Shown here piece after piece: positions 36,097 through 41,471 of a stretch of DNA of 41,471 bases (its first letter is position 1; each line of letters begins with the position of its first letter). The notes below the pieces were generated by a model, which had not been told where the DNA came from, did not search any database, and worked only from the letters and a program-made list of their open reading frames with translations. Location: positions 1 to 41,471 of the forward strand of contig NZ_JACSPO010000016.1 in the NCBI RefSeq assembly GCF_014837105.1. Reading direction: 5' to 3'. The translations under genes were made by a program, and so were the position numbers. This stretch comes from Oceanitalea stevensii (GTDB taxonomy: Bacteria; Actinomycetota; Actinomycetes; Actinomycetales; Actinomycetaceae).

Positions 36097-37308
36097 GTGC
36101 CAGGCCTGGTCGGGACGTTGCGGGAGCGGGTGCGCGGGACCGAGCGCGCCCGTGTGGTGAGCGACGCCCTCGCCACGTTCGTCGCCGGCCTGGCCCTCCT
36201 CGCCGTCGGGCTGGTCGGCCTGTGGGGCGGCGGCCCGTCGCTCGCGACGAACCGGTGGTGGTTCGTCCTCACCCTCGCCGTCATGTGCGCCGTCATGCTC
36301 GCGAAGGCGCGCACCCCGCTGCTCTCGCTCGGTGCGGGCGTGCTCGTCTTCGCGGTCGACGCGCTGCTCGGAGGCAGCATGGGCGCGATGCTCGGCCTGC
36401 TCGACCTCATCTACTCGGCCGCCCTGCGGGTGAGCGGCTCCGCCCTCCGCAGGCTGAGCGTGGCGGTCGTCCTCAGCGTCACGGGCGGCGCGGCGGCGGC
36501 CTTCGTCGCGACCGGTGACCTGCGGGCCACGGCGAACGTCGCCCTCCTCGCGTTCGCGGTGCTCGGCACCCCGCTCTGGTGGGGACGGTCGGTACGCCAG
36601 CAGACCGAGCTCGCCGCGCTGGCCTCGGCCCGCGCCCGCGATCTGGCCCGGATCGGTGAGCTGCGGGAGCAGGAGGTGGTCCACGCCGAGCGCACCCGGA
36701 TGGCCGGTGACCTGCACGACGCGCTCGCCAGCCACCTCTCCGCGATCGCGATCCACTCCGAGGCCGCCCTGAGCTCGCCGCGACCCGACGAGGAGGACCG
36801 TGCGGCCCGCCGCGACCGGCAGGCACTCACCGCGATCCGCTCGGCGAGCGTGGCGGCCCTGCGGGAGATGCGCGCGATGATCGATCTCCTGCGCACGGGC
36901 GACGAGGCCCGCACGAGCCCCGCCCGGCTCGCCGAGCTCGACGCGCTCGCCGCCGGGTTCCGCGGCCAGGGGATGGAGCTCACCGTCGCGTCCCCCGCCG
37001 CGTCCCCCGAGCTGCCCGCGGCCGTCGACCAGGCCGCCTACCGCATCGTCCAGGAGTCCCTCGCCAACGCCCTCAAGCACGGCCGCAGCGGGCCCGTCGA
37101 CGTCACCGTCGCCCTCACCGGCGCGGCGGTGCGGGTCGAGGTCGCCAACGCCGTCGACGGCGTGCTCCCCCCGCCCCCGGCGGGCACGGGCGTCGGCCTG
37201 CTCACCATGCGGGAGCGCGCCGAGGCCCTCGGCGGGAGCTTCCACGCCGGCCCGTCCGACGGCCGGTGGCACGTCCGCGCCACCATCCCCCTCGAGGAGA
37301 CCCCGTGA
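36097..37308 (+). CDS. Sensor histidine kinase, NarL-type (HisKA_3 + HATPase_c), five N-terminal TM helices
   Basis: Proposed GTG start at 36097; the start is uncertain. The H-box is MAGDLHDALASHLSAIAIHSEAA. The ATPase N/G boxes are VQESLANALKHG and GTGVGLLTMRERAEALGG. Its stop overlaps the response-regulator start (GTGA). Confidence 0.85.
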   Translation: MPGLVGTLRERVRGTERARVVSDALATFVAGLALLAVGLVGLWGGGPSLATNRWWFVLTLAVMCAVMLAKARTPLLSLGAGVLVFAVDALLGGSMGAMLGLLDLIYSAALRVSGSALRRLSVAVVLSVTGGAAAAFVATGDLRATANVALLAFAVLGTPLWWGRSVRQQTELAALASARARDLARIGELREQEVVHAERTRMAGDLHDALASHLSAIAIHSEAALSSPRPDEEDRAARRDRQALTAIRSASVAALREMRAMIDLLRTGDEARTSPARLAELDALAAGFRGQGMELTVASPAASPELPAAVDQAAYRIVQESLANALKHGRSGPVDVTVALTGAAVRVEVANAVDGVLPPPPAGTGVGLLTMRERAEALGGSFHAGPSDGRWHVRATIPLEETP

Positions 37309-37952
37309 CCATCCGCGTCCTCGTCGCCGACGACCACGCCGCGATCCGCTCCGGGCTGCGGCTCATCCTCGAGGGCGACGAGGACGTCGCCGTCGTCGCC
37401 GAGGCCGCCGACGGCGCGAGCGCCCTGACGAACGCGCGGGCGCTGCGCCCCGACGTCGTCCTCATGGACATCCGCATGCCCGGGACCGACGGGATCGCCG
37501 CGACCCGGGCGATCGTCGCGGAGGGGCTGGCCGACGTCCTCGTCCTCACCACCTTCGACCTCGACGAGTACGTCTTCGGGGCGCTCCGGGCCGGCGCCGC
37601 GGGCTTCCTCCTCAAGACCGCCGACGCCGCGACGCTCCTCGACGCCGTCCGCCGCGTCGCTGCCGGGGAGGGTGTCGTCGCGCCGGAGGTGACCCGTCGG
37701 CTGCTCGCCGCCTTCGCGCAGGCACCGGAGCCCGTGGAGGCGGAGGTCCCGGCCGACGTCGCCGCACTCACCGACAGGGAGCGGGAGGTGCTGGCCGGGC
37801 TCGGGCAGGGGCTCTCGAACGCGGGCCTGGCGCAGGCGCTGCACATCGGTGAGGCGACCGCCAAGACCCACGTGTCGCGCGTGCTCGCCAAGCTGGGCTG
37901 CACCTCGCGGGTGCAGGCCGCCATCCGCGCCCGCGAGGCCGGCCTCGCGTGA
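37305..37952 (+). CDS. Response regulator, NarL/LuxR family (REC + LuxR-type HTH)
   Basis: GTG at 37305. The REC domain reads IRVLVADDHAAIRSGLRL...VVLMDIRMPGTDGI. The LuxR HTH reads LTDREREVLAGLGQGLSNAGLAQALHIGEATAKTHVSRVLAKLG. Confidence 0.9.
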   Translation: MTIRVLVADDHAAIRSGLRLILEGDEDVAVVAEAADGASALTNARALRPDVVLMDIRMPGTDGIAATRAIVAEGLADVLVLTTFDLDEYVFGALRAGAAGFLLKTADAATLLDAVRRVAAGEGVVAPEVTRRLLAAFAQAPEPVEAEVPADVAALTDREREVLAGLGQGLSNAGLAQALHIGEATAKTHVSRVLAKLGCTSRVQAAIRAREAGLA

Positions 37953-37955
37953 GAC

Positions 37956-37999
37956 GGCCCCGCACGCCGCACCGGGCAGGTGGCGCGATGTGCGGGGCC
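37956..37999. terminator. Inverted repeat (10-bp stem) between the convergent response-regulator and beta-glucosidase genes
   Basis: GGCCCCGCAC ...24 nt... GTGCGGGGCC. Confidence 0.4.
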
Positions 38000-38009
38000 G
38001 AGCGGTTCC

Positions 38010-39446
38010 TCAGGCCTGCTGGGCCTTGATGAGGTCGGCGTACCAGTGGGCGCTGGCCTTCTTCGTGCGCTCCTGGGTCTCGTAGTTCACGTGGACGATG
38101 CCGAAGCGCTTGGAGTAGCCGTAGCCCCACTCGAAGTTGTCGAGCAGTGACCACACGTAGTAGCCGCGCACGGGCGCACCGGCCGCGACGGCGTCGCTCA
38201 CGGCCTGGACGTGGTCGCGCAGGTACTCGATGCGGTCCAGGTCCTGGATGCTGCCGTCGGTCTCGACACGGTCGGGGAAGGCCGCCCCGTTCTCGGTCAC
38301 CATGAGCTGCAGGCCCGGGTGCTCGCGGTGCATCCGCACGAGGAGCTCGGTGAGGCCGCGGGCGTCGATGGACCAGCCCATCTCGGTGTACGGGCCGGGC
38401 TGCTGCGGGAACTCGATGTCCGAGCAGGCGGGCCACGGGCTGGCCGTGCTCGCCCCGTGACCGTCGGCCTCCTCGCGCTCCCCCACACCGTCGTACGCCC
38501 GCACGACGGTGGGGCTGTAGTAGTTCACCCCGAGGACGTCGAGGGGCTGGCGGATGAGCTCGAGGTCGCCGTCCCGGACGAAGGACCAGTCACTGACCGA
38601 GGCCGTCGCCTCGATGATGTCCTGCGGGTAGGAGCCCGTGAGCACCGGGTCGAGGAAGACCCGGTTCTGCAGGCCGTCGATGCGCTGCGCGGCCGCGACG
38701 TCGGCGGGGGCGTCGGTGGCCGGGTTCACCCAGGCGAGGTTGAGCGTGAGCCCGACCGTCGCGTCGGGACGCTCGGCGCGGATCGCCGTCGTCGCCAGGC
38801 CGTGGGCGAGGTTGAGGTGGTGGACGGCGGCGAGGACGTCGGCGTGGTCCGTGCGGCCGGGGGCGTGGACACCGCTGCCGTAGCCGAGGTAGGCCGAGCA
38901 CCACGGCTCGTTGAGGGTGATGAAGGTGCGCAGGCGGTCACCGAGGCGGGCGGCGACGACGCCCGCGTACTCGGCGAAGCGCTCCGCCGTCGCCCGTGCC
39001 GGCCAGCCGCCGGCGTCCTCGAGCGCCTGGGGCAGGTCCCAGTGGTAGAGCGTCGCGGCCGGGGTGATGCCGGCGGCGAGGAGCTCGTCGACGAGGCGGG
39101 AGTAGAAGTCGATGCCCTCCTCGTTGACCGGGCCGAGGCTGTCGGCGGTGACCTGCGGGGTGATGCGGGGCCAGGCGATGGAGAAGCGGTAGGTCTGCAG
39201 ACCCAGCTCCTTCATGGTCGCGACGTCCTCGCGGAAGCGGTGGTAGTGGTCGTCGGCGACGTCGCCGGTGTCCCCGTTCTGCACCTTGCCGGGGGTGTGG
39301 CTGTAGGTGTCCCAGATGGAGGGGGTACGGCCGCCCGCGTCGGCGGCGCCCTCGATCTGGTAGGCCGCGGTCGCCGCGCCCCAGACGAAGCTCTTGGGCA
39401 GGTCGAGGCGGAGCGCGTCGGGCGCGGTGGTGGTCTGGATGCTCAT
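38010..39446 (-). CDS. GH1 beta-glucosidase
   Basis: [15 protein letters not shown] is the N-terminal GH1 signature. The acid/base motif is TLNEPW and the nucleophile motif is VTENGAAF. C-terminal text reads [20 protein letters not shown]. Confidence 0.95.
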   Translation of the reverse strand: MSIQTTTAPDALRLDLPKSFVWGAATAAYQIEGAADAGGRTPSIWDTYSHTPGKVQNGDTGDVADDHYHRFREDVATMKELGLQTYRFSIAWPRITPQVTADSLGPVNEEGIDFYSRLVDELLAAGITPAATLYHWDLPQALEDAGGWPARATAERFAEYAGVVAARLGDRLRTFITLNEPWCSAYLGYGSGVHAPGRTDHADVLAAVHHLNLAHGLATTAIRAERPDATVGLTLNLAWVNPATDAPADVAAAQRIDGLQNRVFLDPVLTGSYPQDIIEATASVSDWSFVRDGDLELIRQPLDVLGVNYYSPTVVRAYDGVGEREEADGHGASTASPWPACSDIEFPQQPGPYTEMGWSIDARGLTELLVRMHREHPGLQLMVTENGAAFPDRVETDGSIQDLDRIEYLRDHVQAVSDAVAAGAPVRGYYVWSLLDNFEWGYGYSKRFGIVHVNYETQERTKKASAHWYADLIKAQQA

Positions 39447-39501
39447 GGTGTGAATCAGGGCGCTGACGCCCTGCTCCCTTCTTCGTGGGTGAGAGGTGGC
39501 G

Positions 39502-40392
39502 TCAGCCCTTGACGGCGCCGGCCATGATGCCGCTGACGATCTGGCGGCCGAGCAGGATGAAGACGACGACGACGGGAAGCGTGCCGATGAGCGTGCCGGC
39601 CATGATGATGGCGGTGTCGGGCACGTAGCCGCTGCCGAGGTTGTTGAGCGCGACCTGGACGGTCGGGTTGGTGGAGTTCAGGGTGATGACCGGCCAGAAG
39701 AAGTCGTTCCAGGCCGTCATGAACGTGAGCATGCCGAGCACCGCCATCCCGGGGCGCGCGATCGGCAGGACGATGCTCCAGAAGGTGCGCAGCGACGTCG
39801 CGCCGTCCACACGCGCGGCCTCGATGAGCTCGTCCGGCAGGGACTGCATGAGGTACTGGCGCATGAAGAAGACGCCGAAGGCCGAGACCAGCGTGGGGAG
39901 GATGACCGAGGACAGCCGCCCGGCGAGGTCCAGCTCGGACATCACCATGTAGAGCGGCACGACGCCGAGCGTCGGCGGGATCATCATCGTGCCCAGCGTC
40001 ATGGCGAACAGCTGCTTCTTGCCCTTGAAGTGGAGCTTGGCGAAGGCGAAGCCGGCCAGCGTGCAGAAGAGCAGCGTCGCGACGGTGACCGTGCCGGAGA
40101 CGATGACCGAGTTCGTGATGGCCAGGCCGATGTTCTGCTGGTCGAGCGCCGTCTGGATGTTCGCCACCAGGTTCGGGCCCGGGGTGAGCGGCGGCGGGGA
40201 CTGGACCATCTCCGACATCGGCCGGCTCGCCGCGACGATCATGTAGTAGAAGGGCGCGATGAAGAGGAAGGCCGTGACGCCGAGGACGACGTAGGTGAGC
40301 CAGCCGGCCCCGTGGTTGTCGCGCTTGCGCGAACGGCGCGGCGCGGCCAGCGGCGTGCCGGGGATGGCAGGCGGTCGGGTGATCGTCGTCAT
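39502..40392 (-). CDS. Carbohydrate ABC transporter permease (CUT1, MalG-like)
   Basis: Internal ATG at 40390-40392, overlapping the upstream permease stop (ATGA). The EAA loop reads [20 protein letters not shown]. Six TM helices. Confidence 0.85.
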   Translation of the reverse strand: MTTITRPPAIPGTPLAAPRRSRKRDNHGAGWLTYVVLGVTAFLFIAPFYYMIVAASRPMSEMVQSPPPLTPGPNLVANIQTALDQQNIGLAITNSVIVSGTVTVATLLFCTLAGFAFAKLHFKGKKQLFAMTLGTMMIPPTLGVVPLYMVMSELDLAGRLSSVILPTLVSAFGVFFMRQYLMQSLPDELIEAARVDGATSLRTFWSIVLPIARPGMAVLGMLTFMTAWNDFFWPVITLNSTNPTVQVALNNLGSGYVPDTAIIMAGTLIGTLPVVVVFILLGRQIVSGIMAGAVKG

Positions 40393-41396
40393 CGGTCTCC
40401 CCCGTCGGTGAGGCGCTGGCGGGTGCGCAGGCGCACGAGTGCGGTGTTGAGCAGGACCAGGACGATGATGAGCAGGAAGGTCACCCACGCGACGGCGGCC
40501 GCCCGGCCGAGGCTGCCGAACTGCCAGCCCTGCTGGTACATGAACAGCCCCAGCGTCTGGTACTGGTTGACGGCGCCGCCGTTGGGCGTGCCACCGCCGA
40601 AGAGCAAGGGTTCACCGAAGAGCTGGGTCGCGCCGATGGTCGAGACGACGACGGTGAACACGATCGTCGGGCGCAGGCCCGGCAGGGTGATGTGGCGGAA
40701 CTGCTGCCACCGGCTCGCGCCGTCGAGCGAGGCCGCCTCGTAGAGGTCGAAGGGGATCGACTGCATGCCGGCGAGGTAGATGAGCGCGTTGTAGCCCGTC
40801 CATCGCCAGGTGACGATGACCGCGATGGCGATCTGCGCGGTGACGTTGCCGTTGCGCCAGTCGATGGCGTCCATGCCGATGAGCGAGAGCATCCAGTTCG
40901 CGAAGCCGCCGTCACGCCCGAAGATCTGGGCGAAGACGAGCGTCGACGCCGCGACGGAGGTCGCGTACGGCATGATCATCGCGATCCGGAAGAAGTTCCG
41001 GGCCCGCATCCGGTAGTTGAGCAGGTGCGCCAGGCCGAGGGCGAGAATCAGCTGCGGCACCGTCGAGAGGACCCCGATGGTGAAGGTCTTGAGCAGCGCG
41101 TTGTAGAACTTCGGGTTCTCGAAGAGCCAGACGAAGTTGTCCAGCCCCACCCAGGTCATCTCCGAGTTGAGGCGGAAGTCGTAGAGGCTCACCCACACCG
41201 TGTAGATGAGGGGGAACAGCCCGAAGGCGGCGAAGAGCAGGAAGAACGGCGCGACGTAGACGTAGGGCGCCGTCACGGCCTCCCACCGGAAGATCCGGGA
41301 CCGCAGGGTGCGGCGGGGCGGCTCGGGCGCGGGACGCGCGGGGGGCTCGGGGGCCGGCGCGCTCGCTGCCGGCCGCACGGGGGCGGTGGAAGTCAT
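40389..41396 (-). CDS. Carbohydrate ABC transporter permease (CUT1, MalF-like)
   Basis: 335 aa. The EAA loop reads EAASLDGASRWQQFRHITLP. A Pro/Ala-rich N-terminal tail precedes the first TM helix. The cognate binding-protein gene would lie beyond the window end. Confidence 0.85.
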   Translation of the reverse strand: MTSTAPVRPAASAPAPEPPARPAPEPPRRTLRSRIFRWEAVTAPYVYVAPFFLLFAAFGLFPLIYTVWVSLYDFRLNSEMTWVGLDNFVWLFENPKFYNALLKTFTIGVLSTVPQLILALGLAHLLNYRMRARNFFRIAMIMPYATSVAASTLVFAQIFGRDGGFANWMLSLIGMDAIDWRNGNVTAQIAIAVIVTWRWTGYNALIYLAGMQSIPFDLYEAASLDGASRWQQFRHITLPGLRPTIVFTVVVSTIGATQLFGEPLLFGGGTPNGGAVNQYQTLGLFMYQQGWQFGSLGRAAAVAWVTFLLIIVLVLLNTALVRLRTRQRLTDGGDR

Positions 41397-41431
41397 GGGG
41401 GCCTCTCGTCTGGTCAGGGCGGGACGGACCG

Positions 41432-41471
41432 GTGGGGGGGGGGGGGGGGGGCCCCCCCCCCCCCGGGGGGG
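41432..41471. other. Homopolymer G/C tail (probable sequencing or assembly artefact at contig end)
   Basis: GGGGGGGGGGGGGGGGGGGGGCCCCCCCCCCCCCGGGGGGG at the extreme 3' end of the window. It is not biological-looking. Confidence 0.6.

Noticed and set aside
35176-37272. 698-aa minus-strand ORF
   Set aside because: It is antisense to the histidine kinase gene and is Arg/Gly/Ala-rich low-complexity sequence. The real genes are the GAP-family protein (35247-35975) and the plus-strand kinase.
41432-41471. G/C homopolymer run as a biological feature (G-quadruplex or telomere-like)
   Set aside because: Its perfect homopolymer blocks at the very end of the window look like a tailing, adaptor or assembly artefact.

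Overview
This is a high-GC window of about 41.5 kb. Codon bias, gene content and conserved gene neighbourhoods (orn then tRNA-His; rph overlapping rdgB) point to an actinobacterial chromosome, probably Micrococcales- or Cellulomonas-like. Most of the large ORFs in the six-frame track are antisense frame artefacts of the high GC content. I can support roughly 45 real genes and three tRNA genes (His-GTG, Lys-CTT, Leu-TAG). No integrase, transposase, CRISPR array or rRNA is visible.

The gene order runs as follows:
- a flotillin/SPFH protein
- a SulP-STAS anion transporter
- two back-to-back MFS transporters
- an APC amino-acid permease
- a TetR-regulated ABC-2 exporter (regulator, ATPase, 550-aa permease)
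- a MacAB-like tripartite exporter (HlyD adaptor with a peptidoglycan-binding domain, FtsE-like ATPase, FtsX-like permease) led by an unusual acidic Trp-rich lipoprotein
- orn, tRNA-His and a terminator hairpin, followed by about 500 bp of non-coding tandem and direct repeats
- a HAD phosphatase plus a GTP cyclohydrolase II::RibD-reductase fusion, converging on a tight GT4 glycosyltransferase / divergent PTPS-fold protein / Zn-dependent MDR dehydrogenase operon
- DUF808, nadE, an SDR-DUF2867 protein, a divergent ArsR/SRPBCC pair, DUF488, a DHFR-family reductase and a YeeE/TusA-like thiosulfate-uptake pair
- an ATP-grasp protein, tRNA-Lys, an HTH regulator translationally coupled to an M23 peptidase, bcp and tRNA-Leu
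- a NUDIX-like protein, a small membrane protein, rph-rdgB, a GAP-family membrane protein and a NarL-type two-component system
- a GH1 beta-glucosidase and two CUT1 sugar ABC permeases, truncated at the window end, which terminates in a homopolymer G/C tail.

The most interesting candidates for something undescribed are:
1. the convergent HAD / GCHII-reductase fusion and GT4 / PTPS-like / dehydrogenase pair, which looks like a cryptic pyrimidine- or pteridine-derived glycoside pathway;
2. the acidic Trp-rich lipoprotein with two internal ACMAD motifs that leads the MacAB-like exporter operon;
3. the structured repeat array downstream of tRNA-His.
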